A stretch of 64,000 bases of DNA from Octopus sinensis (lineage: Eukaryota), in assembly GCF_006345805.1 (NCBI RefSeq), contig NC_043011.1:53332464-53396463 (forward strand). Reading direction: 5' to 3'. The notes under the pieces were generated by a model. The model searched no databases. It saw only the letters and a program-made list of their open reading frames with translations, and was not told the DNA's origin. The position numbers and the translations under genes are program-made. Shown piece after piece: positions 27,639-41,849 of this stretch. The first letter of the stretch is position 1. Every line of letters starts with the position of its first letter.

Positions 27639-28567
27639 TATATACATAGGCACAGGTGAGGCTGTGGTAAGAAACCAGCTTCCCAATCACATGGTTGTGG
27701 ATTCAGTCCTACTGTACATATCCTTTGGCAAGTGTCTTCTACTATAGCCTCAGGCTGACCAAAGACTTGTGAATTGATTTGGTGGACAGAAAATGAAAGG
27801 AGCCTGTCATATACATCATCATCATCATCGTTTAACGGGCATTTTCCGCGCTAGCACGGGTTGGATGGTTCGACCGGGGTCTGGAAAGCCAGGGGCTGCA
27901 CCAGGCTCCAGTCTGATCTGGCAGTGTTTCTACAGCTGGATGCCCTTCCTAACGCCAACCACTCCGTGAGTGTAGTGGGTACTTTTTATGTGCTTTTTAC
28001 ATATATATATAGGTGCAGGAGTGGCTGTGTGGTAAGTAGCTTGTCTACCAACCACATGGTTCCGGGTTCATTCCCACTGCGTGGCACCTTGGGCAAGTGT
28101 CTTCTACTATAGCCTCGGGCCAACCAAAGCCTTGTGAGTGGATTTGGTAGACGGAAACTGAAAGAAGTCCGTCGTATATATGTATATGTATATATGTGCG
28201 TGTGTGTGTTTGTGTGTATGTGGTTGTCCCCTAGCATTGCTTGATAACCGATGCTGGTGTGTTTATGTCCCCGTTACTTAGCGGTTCGGCAAAAGAGACC
28301 GATAGAATAAGTACTGGGCTTACAAAAGAATAAGTCCCGGGTTCGAGTTGCTCGATTAAAGGCGGTGCTCCAGCATGGCCGCAGTCAAATGACTGAAACA
28401 AGTAAAAGAGTAAAAGAGTAAAGAGTATATATATATATATAGTTAAGATAATAAAATGAATGGCTTATACCTGGTAGCTTACTGGTAAAGCAGGGTCACT
28501 TTCACAATGTTCATTATGTATATGGTAAATGAAGGACAAAAGATGGCAGATAGAAGAATTTTTATCA

Positions 28568-28673
28568 ATCACAACAATTGTTTCGTTACATCAAGCATCA
28601 ATCCCTCATTGGTGGGATACTTAACAACTGGTTCAGGAGCATCTGACCATGCTGATGTATTTCGTCAGGTGAT
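28568..28673 (-). ncRNA. Type I hammerhead ribozyme motif with 77-nt branched helix II
   Basis: Minus strand: ATCAC / CTGACGA / 77-nt domain (TACATCA..TGATGTA, GCAT..ATGC, ATCCC-accaatga-GGGAT) / GAA / ACAATTGT / T / GTGAT. The first two pairs of helix II are mismatched (A.C, A.A). Confidence 0.7.
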
Positions 28674-28891
28674 AAATAGACATAATTTTTGTCAAAATAA
28701 CACTTCCATAATGTACCTTCTCATTTCGTAGAAAGAAAAGCAGCAAATGATACATCTTCAATTATATGGAAGATCAAAAATAAAATAATGGAGGCAAAAA
28801 AGAAACAAGCACAAAATATTTTTGGGATGACTAAAAAGTTTTGTACCTTCCATCTTTCATTTACCATAACTATCTATCTATCTATCTATCG

Positions 28892-29005
<114 letters not shown>

Positions 29006-29948
29006 CATCATCATCTGTTTCTTTATTATCCACAAGGGGATAAACATAGAGGGGACAAACAAGGATAAACAAAGGGATTAAGTCGATTACATCGACCCCA
29101 GTGCGTAACTGGTACTTAATTTATCGACCCCAAAAGGATGAAAGGCAAAGTCGACATCGGCGGAATTTGAACTCAGAACATAACGGCAGACGAAATACGG
29201 CTATGCATTTCGCCCGGCATGCTAATGATTCTGCCAGCTCGCCGCCTTAAATATATCATCATCATCGTTTAATGTCCGCTTTCCATGCTAGCATGGGTTG
29301 GACGATTTGACTGAGAACTGACGAACCAGATGGCTGCACCAGGCTCCAATCTGATCTGTCAGAGTTTCTATGGCTGGATGCCCTTCCTAACACCAACCAC
29401 TCTGGGAGTATAGTGGGTGCTTTTACATGCCACCGGCACAAGGGCCAGTCAGGTGGTACTGGCAATGACATATGTATGTATGTATATGTGTGTGTGTGTC
29501 TATGCATGTGTGTGAGTGTGTGTGTGTTTTTCCTGCAGCCATTGCTTGACAACCAATGTTGGTGTGTTTTATGTCCCTGTAACTTAGCGGTTGAGCAAAA
29601 GAGACTGGTAGAATAAGCACTAGAATAAGTACACACACACACACATATATAATATATGTGTGTGTGTGAGTGCGTGTGTATATACACACATACAATGCAT
29701 ATATATATATACATATGTGTGTGTGTGTATATACGTATATATATATATACATGCAATGAATTCTTTTCTTTTTCTGTTTACATAATCAAATCACACACAC
29801 ACATGTAATGAAGATATTCTCTACATACACCCTATGTTGTCTATATATTTTCAGACGTTTAATTCCGTCATATAATTTTCCTGTAGATGTGATGTCATTA
29901 GTCTGAAAATCTAATGTTTCAAGTAGTTCTCTGGTGAGAGACATATAC

Positions 29949-30021
<73 letters not shown>

Positions 30022-30649
30022 TTATGTAGGTACACCCTTTGGCTACCAACGTGTTGAATTCTTTTATACTCTAATAGTATGTTTGTAGTTTCTGGCACTA
30101 GTAAATTTTTGATGTTTGTTATCATCATCATCATCATCGTCATCGTCATCATCATTATCACCATCATTATCATCATCTGAAATACCATTGGCAGTGGCAG
30201 CAGAGCATCTTAACATCTGCTTTTCCATGCTAGCATGGATCAGAAGGAATTCACTGAGGCAACTTTTCTCTCTCTTTCTCTTTCTTTCTCTCGAGCTCTA
30301 TATATTTCGCTATGTGTGTGTATGCGTGTATATATATGTACACATGCATACATACACACACACACAAACACACACACAGATATAGATATAGATATACATA
30401 TTTGTATATATTTACATATATCTCTTACTTGTTTCAATATTTTGCCTGCGGCCATGCTGGAGCACTACATTGAGATTTTAGTTGAATGTATCAACTCCAG
30501 TACTTTTTTGCTTTAGATCCTGGTACTTACTCCCATCAGTCTCTTTTGCTGAACTGCTATGTTATGGGGATGTAAACACACCAACACTGGTTGTCAAGTG
30601 GCGGCAGGGGACAAATAGACATTAAGACAAACACACATAGATATATATG

Positions 30650-30682
<33 letters not shown>

Positions 30683-31417
30683 ATATATATATATATAATA
30701 TATATATATATGGGTTCAGTTCCACTGCGTGGTACCTTGGGCAAGTGTCTGCTACTGTAGCCCCGGGCTGACCAAAGCCTTGTAAGTGGATTTGGTAGAG
30801 GGAAACTGAAAGAAGTCCATCATATATATGTATATATGTACGTGTGTGTATATGTTTGTGTGTCTGTGCTTGTCCCCCCAACATCGCTTGACAACTGATG
30901 GTGGTGCGTTTAAGTCCCCGTCACTTACCGGTTCGGCAAAAGAGACCGATAGAATAAGTACTAGGCTTACAAAGAATAAGTCCTGGGGTCGACTTGCTTG
31001 ACTAAAGGTGGTGCTCCAGCATGGCCACAGTCAAATGCCTGAAACAAGCAAAAGAGTAAAAAGAGTAAAAGAGATATACGACGGGCTTCCTTTCAGTTTT
31101 CAGCTATCAAATCCACTCACAAGACTTAGGTCGGCCTGAGACAATAGTAGAAGGCATTTGCCCAAGATACCACACAGTGAGACTGAACACAAAACTATGT
31201 TGTTGGGAAGTAAGGGCATCCAGCTGAAGAAACTTTGCCAGATCAGATTGGAGCCTGGTGCAGCCTCTGGCTCACCAGTCCTCAGTCAAACCATCCAACC
31301 CATGCCAGCATGGAAAGCAGACATTAAACGATGAAGTTGATGATGATGATGATATATACATACATACATGCATATACACACATGCACACACACACACATA
31401 CACACATGCACACACAC

Positions 31418-31450
<33 letters not shown>

Positions 31451-32634
31451 TGCAAGCACACACACACACACGCAGGCACACACACACACACACACACACT
31501 TACATCATACATGCATATACATGTGTGTATGATGTGAGTGTGTGTGTGTGTGTGCCTGCGTGTGTGTGTATGCTTGCATGTGTGTTGTGTGTGTTGTGTG
31601 TGTGTGTGTGTGTGTGCTGTGTGTGTGTGTGTGTGTGCATGTGTGTGTGTGTTTAATAGGTTCAAGCTTGAGTTTATAAATATACAGGAATTGGTTTGTT
31701 TTGTTATATGAGTCTTTTATTTTTAATTTTTCAACTGGAAGAAAAATGACACATTAATAAAAAAATAAAAACTCCCCAAAACAAACACTGAAATATATTT
31801 TAACCGAGAAAGTTAACAAACCAGATTAATTAAAATCATCTCAAAATGACACTTGGATTACCCTCACTGGGATTATCCTCGCAATGGAATAAAAAGCATT
31901 TTACAAATGGTCTTTCCTTCCACTCCATTCCGTTTCCCATCTTCTGCCCACGTGCCCTCTTGCCATTACTTGTTGGAACAGAACTAGAATTCTCGTCGTG
32001 ACTCTTTCAGTGTGTTACATATATCTCAGAAATAACCATGCTGAGATAATTAAACCAACTCTGCTGAACAAATGCTTCCGCTATGCTTGCCATTTATCGG
32101 CAACAGAAGTGTGTAGCAAGGAATCAGATTAGATTGCTGATGAAAAAAAAAAAAAAGAATTCTCAAAAATGGAACAAAATAGCTTGGAGAATTGGAAAAT
32201 TATTATTTATTTATTTATAGTTTTTTTATTTATTTTCTTTTTTTTTTTTGCACGTGTGTTTTTAATCTCACCGCTTATTTTTTTATTGTCTGAAAATAGT
32301 AATTTTCTTTGCCATTGTTGATTCCAGTCTGAACATTTATATGATGGCCGACAACATTGATCATTAATTTCACCCATCTTATGTTGGCATCTCATGTGGA
32401 CATTTCTAGTGACTGGCCACCTTCTCTGGTTATCTCTTGTCGCTGTTTATTTGTTGTCATGTCGTGTGGTGATTTCTTGATGGTAAAACCAGAACACTAA
32501 CCGCAGTCAAGCCAGTGAGAGAACCTCAATGGGATCGCTCCAGTTTTAGTAATAAAATAGATGCTAAATTACCTCAAAATCACAGACTGTCCTCATAACC
32601 TATCTTTTCAAATAAAGACACATTAGATAATATA

Positions 32635-32707
32635 GTCCCTGTAGCGCAGGGGATAGCGCGCTGGACTTCTAATCCAGAGGTTGTGGGTTCGAATCCCACC
32701 AGGGATG
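32635..32707 (+). tRNA. tRNA-Arg, anticodon TCT, intronless
   Basis: Full cloverleaf: acceptor GTCCCTG/CAGGGAT, D stem GCGC/GCGC, anticodon stem CTGGA/TCCAG with loop CT-TCT-AA (TCT at 32668-32670), T arm GTGGG-TTCGAAT-CCCAC, discriminator G. A T6 Pol III terminator follows at 32719-32724. Confidence 0.93.
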
Positions 32708-34595
32708 ATGACTGCTACTTTTTTACACTCACGGAGTGGTTGGCATTAGGAAGGGCATCCAGCCATAGAAACATTGCCAGATCAGACTGGGCCTGGTGCA
32801 GCCTTCTGGCTTCCCAGACCCCAGTTGAAATGTCCAACCCATGCCAGCATGGAAAGCGGACGCTAAACGATGATGATGATGATGATGATGATGATGATCA
32901 GAGCTGACCTAGTGCTAAATATCATCATCATTATCATGGTTGTTGCTCTCATTGTTATCATCATCATCATCATCATCATTGTTGTTATCATTTAACATCC
33001 ATTTTCCATGCTGGTATGGATTGGGTGGTTTCATAGGAACTGGCAAATCAGAAGTCTGTGTCAAGCTTGGCAGTTTGCTTTGGAATGGTTTGTATGGCTG
33101 GATGCCCTTCCTAATACAAACTATTTTGCAGAAGGCACTGGCTATTTTTACATTTTTTTTGTGTGTGGCACTGGTACCAGTGAGGTTGCCAAATAACTTT
33201 ACAAGACAAGATCCTCCCCTCAACTGAGATTGGGGGTAAGTATTGAGGAAAGTGGCTCTGTGCGAAGTGATGAGAGATTAGTGTATGAATGGAGGGACAG
33301 AAATAGGTGCTTGCAGTAAAGGAGAATACATGGCTATACTAATAGGAGAGAAGAGAGAGGGGAGAGAGAGAGAGGAGGGGAGAGAAAAGAGATGAGAGAG
33401 AAAAGAGAGGAAAGAGAGAGAGGAAAAAGAAAGAGGGAGGGGAGAGAGAGGAGAGGAGAGAGAAAGAAAAGGAAAGATAGAGAAAGAGGAGAGGAGAGGA
33501 GAGAAAGAGGTGTGTTTATGTCCCCCTAACTTAGCAGTTTGGCAAAAGAGAACAATAGAATAAGTACTCGGCTTACAAAGAATAAGTCCTGGGATCGATT
33601 TGCACGACTAAAGGCAGTGCTCCAGCATGGCCGCAGTCAAATGACTGAAACAAGTAAAAGAGTAAAAGAGTAAAAGAGTATAGGCTTTAAAACAATCTAA
33701 GTCCTGGGGTTGATTCGGTCAACTAAAAAATCTTTCAACTAAAGGCGGTGCTCCAGCATGGCCGCAGCCAAATGACTAAAACAAGCAAAAGATAAAAGAT
33801 ATAAGATATATCAGATTCTACTCACTTCCTACAACAGAGTATATTGAGCTTGCATTTTTCTTCTTTTTTTTTTTTTTTGCTGCACAAAATAAATTAGATA
33901 AGTTCGATTGATAATTTTTACTGAAAGTGTCACTGGAAACTCTGGCAAGTACATTATTTAGACTTACAGATTTCCTCTCTTCAATTTCTGCATAAATATA
34001 TTACGTACGTAATGGCTCTTCATTGATTTTGATGATGCGTTATATCCAGATGTTCAATCAATTGAACTGCCTACTCCACTGATTTTGGAGGGAAAATTTT
34101 CTGAGCATACTAAGTGCAGGCAAGGCTGTGTGGATTAATGTGTTTGCTTCCCGAGAATGTTGTTGCTTTTGGGTTCAGTACCACTGTGTGGAACCTTGGG
34201 TAAATTCTCTCTTACTATGACCCCTGCAACAACCAAACCTTGCAAGCGGATTAGGTTGATGGGAACCTAACAAATAAATAAATCTATCATATATATATAT
34301 ATATATATTTATACACACACACACATGTACACACACATACACACACATATACATACATACATACATACATACATACATACATACATAACACACACACATA
34401 CATACATACATACATACACACATACATACATACATACATACACACACATATACATACATACATACACACACACATACATACATAATACATACATACATAC
34501 ATACATACATACACACACATACATACATACATACACACATACACACATACATACATACACACATACATACATACATATATACATACATATATATC

Positions 34596-35161
34596 ACTAG
34601 TGTTGGCAACGTTATACCTCCATTCATCTTCCCACATGGCCTCAGACTCAACATGGAGGCCTACATTAAGTACCTGGAGGAGGTAGTGCTGCCCTAGGTC
34701 AAGAGGGTGGCTGCTGGAAGACCCTCTGTCTGGCAGCAGGACTCTACACCATGCCACACAAGCAGGAGAACCCAATCATGGCCGTCAGACAATTTGTGCA
34801 ACCACATCACCACTCACATCTGACCACCTAACTCCCCAGATTGCAACTTCTTTGATTGTTATGTGTTGGGTGCAGTTGAGTGAGAAACCAACAAAACTCC
34901 TTGTAACACCAAAGATGAACTGAAGGCAAGGATTATGGCAGCATTTACCAACTTAAACAAGGAGACTGTCCAGAAGAGTTGCAGGAAATTCCAAAGTTGT
35001 TTGGAAGCCATGGTTGAAGCCAATGGCGATTTTATTGAATAAATTTACTCTTTAGTATTTCAAGATATTTTTATGTAATTTTGGTAAATATATCTGTTAA
35101 AATGAGATGTCAGTGTTATTTTCATTTCTGTGTAATTTAGACAATTTATTCACCACACCCT
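34596..35161 (+). mobile_element. 3' half of a related DD37D transposon
   Basis: Translates to ...WQQDSTPCH...PPNSPDCNFFD (37 aa spacing)...NTKDELKARI...EANGDFIE* with in-frame stops. Ends in a CACCCTG terminus. Confidence 0.8.
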
Positions 35162-35185
35162 GCGTGTTTGTGTGTGTGTGTTTGT

Positions 35186-35233
<48 letters not shown>

Positions 35234-35517
35234 TGTGTGTGTGTGTAGAAACACAGGCATGGCTGCTTGACAGCCAGTGTTGGTTTGTTTACATCCTGTA
35301 ATCTTGCAGTTTGGCAAAGAAGCTCAATAAAATAAATACCAGGCTTTAAAAAACATAAGCACCTATGTTGATTTGTTTTGACTAAACCCTACAAGGTGGT
35401 ACTCCAGCATGACCGCAGTCCAATACTGAAACAAGTAAAAGATAAAAGATATTCGTATATACCTTCATAAGAGTGTGTGTATGTGTGTGTGTGTGTCTGT
35501 GTGTGTATGTGTGTGTG

Positions 35518-35584
<67 letters not shown>

Positions 35585-35588
35585 GCGG

Positions 35589-35623
<35 letters not shown>

Positions 35624-36125
35624 TCTCCCACCACTGCTTGACAACTGGTGTTGGATGTTTTTACATCCCCATAACTTAGCAGTTTGGCCTAAGAGAATGA
35701 TAGAGTTAGTACCAGGCTTCAAAATAAGTCCTGGGATCAATTAAAATTCCTCAAGGTGGTGCCCCAGCATGGCCACAGTCTTATGACTGAAACAAATAAA
35801 AGAATAAACAAAAATAATCTATCTATCTTTCTATCTATCACTCTATCTCAATTCTTTACTGCCCACAAGGGGCTACACACAGAGCGAACAAAGAAGGAGA
35901 GACAAATGGATTAAGTTGATTATATCGACCCCAGTGTGTAACTGGTACTTATTTAATCAACCCCGAAAGGATGAAAGGCAAAGTCGACCTCGGCAGAATT
36001 TGAACTCAGAACGTAACAGCAGACAAAATACCACTAAGCACTTCGCCCGGCATGCTAATGTTTCTGCCAGCTTGCCGCCAAATCTATCTAGCACTCTATC
36101 TATCTACCTATCTATCTATCCCCAC

Positions 36126-36165
<40 letters not shown>

Positions 36166-37223
36166 ATATATATATGCATGTTTCTATGTATATGTTTAGT
36201 AGAAACGTGTTCTTTTTGAGATTTTAAACTCAGCTCTAATAGCTGTATATTCTTCAACCAGTTCATGACCTTGTATATTTATAAAGGATTAAATTTTGGA
36301 ATATTTCCTGAAGGGTTTACAATTCACTGTTTACAAGAAATTGTCATTTGCCTCAATAAATTCATTTGTTACCAGGAATCTACAAAATCCATTTCTTCCA
36401 GTGAAATGTGTTTATAGAAAAAGCCAAGGTCTAATTCCTTAACTTGAACCAAAAACCAAAAGAGATTAAAATTCTTGAGCATCCATCATTGCAAGAAAAC
36501 TACATAAATAAATAAATTCTGCTACAGCAAAATCTTCTGATATAAAACCAATACGAAATTAAGAAAACTAAACACAGCAACAAACTCTTCATCATTGATT
36601 CCATAAAAGTATTTCAGAAAAATATATTTAAAGAAGAAAATAATAGTAAAATGAAATTTTTAGAATTTTAAAAAATAAAAACAACAAACACATCATAAAA
36701 TTGTCAAATTCAGCCAATCAGATTTGAGTTGAATTGAGTCATGACCAATGAAAATCCTGACCTTTTTATTTCCCTTCTTGTTCAAACCTCTTTTCATCGA
36801 AAACAGCAGTTGTGTTCTTGACAAAATAAGACTTGTAGAATGATTGATCAGGTGAAAAAATATCAAAAAGTGAAAATCTGTAACTCTAAATGCCATACTT
36901 GTTTGCATTTTCATGACACTTTCAGTGAATATTAGCAATCAACCTTATTTTGATATTCAGGTCAGCAATTTAACTCAAGCCCTTGATATGTTTTTCTCTG
37001 TCACTGACTTCTTTTTTTTTTTTTTTTTTTTTTTTTTCGCTTTCTGAAATGTGTTTAATTTCATAGATAGAAAGAAGATAACGATAAACTCCATTACACA
37101 GATGTTGAGATGTACACAAACAGAATTGGCAATGTGGGTTCAATTCTCTGATGCTATTTCTTCACCTTACTCTATTAATGCAATTGGGAAAAATCATGAT
37201 CGTTGCATTTTTATTCCTCTAAT

Positions 37224-37968
37224 CACGTGACTCTCAACCATTTTTTGCTCTGTGGACCCCTTCGGTTCCTGTTTTACTAAGATGGACTCTCATAACCATT
37301 TGATGTTTAAAAAATCTCATTATATTTTCATAATTAAACTAGCAGTATCGCCCGGCGTTGCTCGGGTTTGTAAGGGAAATAACTATATAAGCATTTTTAG
37401 AGAGTTATAGCCAAAAAATAGCAAAAAAATGCATTAAAATGGAAAAAAATTATGGTAATTTTTTTTTAAATCGTTGACTCATCGTAGACATTTTTAGAGA
37501 GTTACTTCCCTTATATAATAGCGAAAAAATGCATTAAAATGGAAAAAAATTATGGTAATTTTTTTTTAAATCGTAGACTCATCGTAGACGCGCGCTAATA
37601 CCCACAAGGGCTCGATATGAATCATGACTATAAGATATCCGGTTTTGGTTAAACTGCACCGCAAAATGTGGGAGTAATTAGGAATCTAAATCGTAGGAGA
37701 CAGAACTTCACTTTTATATATAAAGATATTATTAGGAATTGTATAAAAAATTTGTTAAAGTATTGTGTATTTATCTTATCTTTTATCTTTTGTCTGTTTC
37801 TGTCATTAGACTGTGGCCATGCTGGGGCACCACCTTGAAGAATTTTTAGTCAAGGAATCGACCCCAGTACTTAATTTTTTAAAGCTTGGTACTTCTGACC
37901 AAACTGCTAATGTTATGGGGACATAGACAGACCAACACCAGTTGTCAAGCGGTGGTGAGAGACAAATA

Positions 37969-38048
<80 letters not shown>

Positions 38049-38272
38049 TACAGACAAGTACATATATATGACAGCTTCTTTCAGTTTCCATCTACCAAAT
38101 CCACTCACAAGGCTTTGGTCAGCTCAAGAAGGCACTTGCCTAAGGTGCCATGCTGTGGGACTGAACCCACAACCATGTGGCTGGGACCTGATTCATTACA
38201 CATAGACTTTAATAACAACAAAATCTTACATGGACCCTCAAGAGGAATATGAACCCCAGTTAAGAACCACTG
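37224..38272. mobile_element. hAT-like MITE carrying nested Helitron-like and SINE insertions
   Basis: Right end GTTAAGAACCACTG, degenerate left end, CTCTAAT duplicated on both flanks. A related copy lies at about 54415-54860. Confidence 0.55.
37338..37727 (+). mobile_element. Helitron/HINE (DINE-1-like) non-autonomous element
   Basis: Starts ACTAGCAGTATCGCCCGGCGTTGCTCGGG (short hairpin), has an internal direct repeat of about 95 bp, and ends CTTTTATATATAAAGAT. This resembles known HINE/Lep1-type architecture. Confidence 0.55.
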
Positions 38273-38829
38273 CTCTAATCCTTAAAGTTTTTATTTAGCC
38301 ACAGGTTAGTATGGATCTTTAAAGCCACAATCAAAGATTTTCTAGTTCTGACCATCCCATCGGTTCTCCTACATTATTTGTTTATTTTTGATGATGGTTG
38401 TGCATAATTATTATTAGGATTTATTCTGACTCTCTGTGCTTTGGGTTCAGAACTTACTGAAATCAACTTTGCCTTTCATAGTTTTGGGTTTGATAAATAA
38501 AACAGCAGTCCAGTGCTGGGATAAATTCCTCTCTCTCTCTGTCTCTCTCTCCTCTGTCTCTCTCTCTCTGGATTGTGCTTGTAATTCAAAGGCCTGATCA
38601 TATCACAGCTTGCTGACTGCATCTTTGTGCATGTCTTGCACATCCCTCATAAATCTCAGCTTCTTTACACAAAATTATGTACCCAGATGGATGTCTCGAA
38701 GATTTCTTCTACAGGTATCATTAGATTAACGAAGGCCAGTCGCAGATGTTAGCTATGTTTGACATAATGAGAGCAATTTATTTGGGGTAACTTTACATTA
38801 GGAAGTGGAAAGTACAATTTCTCATAATT

Positions 38830-40560
38830 CAGACTTCCTCATGAACCCAGCAGACAAAATAGAAAAGGCGTTGCCTTGGAAGAGGGCGAGGGAGATGTGC
38901 TGGAACAGCCACTCTGACACATGGAGCTTGCACAAGACAATAGCATCAGAGTTGCCTCCTGTTTGTTATGTATTTGATGTTGATTCCCAGCAGATGTTTA
39001 GGTTTAACAAAGTGTATGATAGTTACATATGATAAAAAACATTGTGATGATGTCATGATCCTGTTTGAATCTGGGGTTTATACTTAAGGAGTCTGTTGGG
39101 CTTCTGCTAGTCTGGATCACTGGCAGTGATGTTGTCAAATTGAAAAGCTTAGGATCTTGACAAACTCAACAGAACATTAAAAAATATCTTCCAAAGAAGA
39201 CCATGTGAGATACTGTTGAAAACCTTGAAAAGGTCTATAAAGACTATCCAGAGGAACTGAAACTGTTTACAGCACTTCTCTTAGAGCTGGCAAGCAAAAG
39301 CAAAAAGTTCCTATTTTTGATGGTTAAAAAAAAAATCCCCTTTGAGTCTCATGTATAATCTTCTGAGCTAGTGGTTTAACCCAATGATTAAGAAAACTGG
39401 TTAGAACCTTTCCAATAATGGATAGAGTGAGGTCCCTCTGTAGTTGTTATAGTCCAACCTGTCACCTTTCTTTTAGTACAAGTGACAATATTGCATCACT
39501 TAGATCATATGAAACATGCTGGTAAAAGGAGTTAAAGTATTGTCCCTCCATTCTTGAAGACTTCAGCCATCTTCTTTGAGACCCTAATAATATATTTCTT
39601 TACTACCCACAAGGGGCTAAACACAGAGGGGACAAACAAGGACAGACAAACGGATTAAGTCGATTACATCGACCCCAGTGCATAACTGGTACTTATTTAA
39701 TTGACCCCGGAAGGATGAAAGGCAAAGTCGACCTTGGCGGAATTTGAACTCAGAACGTAACGGCAGACGAAATACGGCTACGCATTTCGCCCGGCATGCT
39801 AACGTCTCTGCCAGCTCGCCGCTCATCAATAGGTCTGAAGGAGATGTGTTTATAAACAGCATCTTCATCAATTTTTTGGTTAGCAATTTAGGAGATATTT
39901 GGTGCTCCTTCAATAGCATTGGTTGATTTGGGGCTTTAGATTTTTAAGTGTTGTACCATCTCAGCTTTGAGGTAACTATCAGTCAACCAATGAGAAGCCT
40001 TAGATGGCCTTTGTAGAAGAATTGTCATTAACATTGGTATTGACTTAACATTAAATCTCTTTAGTCTTTTCCATCTATCTTTAGTCTTTTAACACACAGG
40101 TTGTTTTCTGTATTTGAGTTTTGCTTTTCTGATAGGCTTTCCTCATATTCATGATTTCAAGACTTGACAAATACTTAAGCAAAGTGTAATCATTTTGGAA
40201 GTTACCAGGAAGTTTTGTAGCAGTTCTTCTGTTGCAAAAAGGTATTAGTGATGATATGATTATGTTTGGTTAACATCTTTGAAGAATGCTAAACCACCAG
40301 TAACTGCCGAGAATTGTCTATGGCAAGGTTGACACAAATACTTTGATTGAAGGACAATTGAATTCTTCAAGCAAATCTTCTACAATGAACTGAGAAAAGG
40401 AAAATGGATGAAAGAAGGACAGCTGAAATACACTCCAAGAACATCCTATAGGCAGCATTTATAAATGGCAACATTTGTGTGAACTACAGGGAAGCTTTCT
40501 CTTCTGACAGGAAAGCCTGGAGTTTTCTCATTCATCAAAGAGTGAATCACTTTAAATGAT
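38830..40560 (-). mobile_element. Decayed RTE-clade LINE reverse transcriptase fragment
   Basis: Frameshifted KGDRLDYNNYRGTS-LSIIGKVL (about 39400-39470) and FIDLFKVFNSISHGLLWKI (about 39185-39241). Split by a SINE at 39596-39823. Confidence 0.65.
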
Positions 40561-41849
40561 GACATTGAGAATATTGTGAGACCAGGAGGGAGAGAAGAAG
40601 AGAAGCTACTGAACCCAAATGTCAAAATCTGCTCTCATTTTTGAACTGCTCTACCCTCACTGTCAGAAGATATTTGCCGCTTGTACATGGACACATGCTA
40701 ATAACTCCCAAGCTCAAAGATAATCGTATTCCATTTCAAAGAACTACTGTGACAATAAAGACACACATAGCTGCATCACCACCATCATCATCATCACCAC
40801 CACCACCTTTGCCACTACCTCTGCCACTGCAACTACCACCACCACCACCATTTAAAAATGCCTTTTAAATGTTGTTATGGCATCTAATGACACAATGGTG
40901 ACTTAAGGATTTATTTCTGGACCCAGAATTTAGGGATTTTGTAGTTAATATCTGTGTATTATCGGCTGTTGGTAGTTTCTTGACTCTGAGTAAGATAATC
41001 ACACAATTTCTCACTGAACAACCTGCACAGATGTTTTGTCCATTGTGGTCAAACTTTTGTACTGTATATTAGTGCAATCCCTTCATTGCTCAATCGAATT
41101 GACATTGCCTGTGCAAGTGCACAATGTGCTGCATGTGATTGCAGAACAACATGAAATGAAGTGTTTTGCTCAAGAAAACAATGCACCACCCAGTCCAGGA
41201 ATTGAAACCACAATCTCATGACTCTGAGTGCAACACCCTAACCACTAAGCTATGTGCCCTCACTATTACTCTTTTACTTGTTTCAGTCATTTGATTGTGG
41301 CCATGCTGGAGCACCGCCTTTAGTCGAGCACATCGATCCCTGGACTTATTCTTTGTAAGCCTAGTACTTATTCTATCATACTCTTTTGCCGAACTGCTAA
41401 GTTACAGGGACATAAACACACCAGCATCGGTTGTCAAGCGATGTTGGGGGGGACAAACATAGACACACAAACATATACACATACATACATATATATATAT
41501 ATATATACATATATACGACGGGCTTCTTTCAGTTTCTGTCTACCAAATCCACTCAGAAGGCTTTGGTCGGCCCAAGGCTATAGTAGAAGACACTTGCCCA
41601 AGGTGCTGCGCTGTGGGACTGAACCTGGAAACATATGGTTGGTAAGCAAGCTACTTACCATACAGCCACTCCTACGCCTACTCCTACTGGCAATTAATTG
41701 TAAATAAGAGAGTTTTGTATAGCTGCCAAATCAATAAAAAACATGAGTATTAACCAACCAAGGTGTTAGTTGTCTTATGGTAGTTAGTTACTGCTGCCTT
41801 GTGTCTGTGATAAGGACACTTAACTCTACATGGCTTAGTCCACTTAGCT

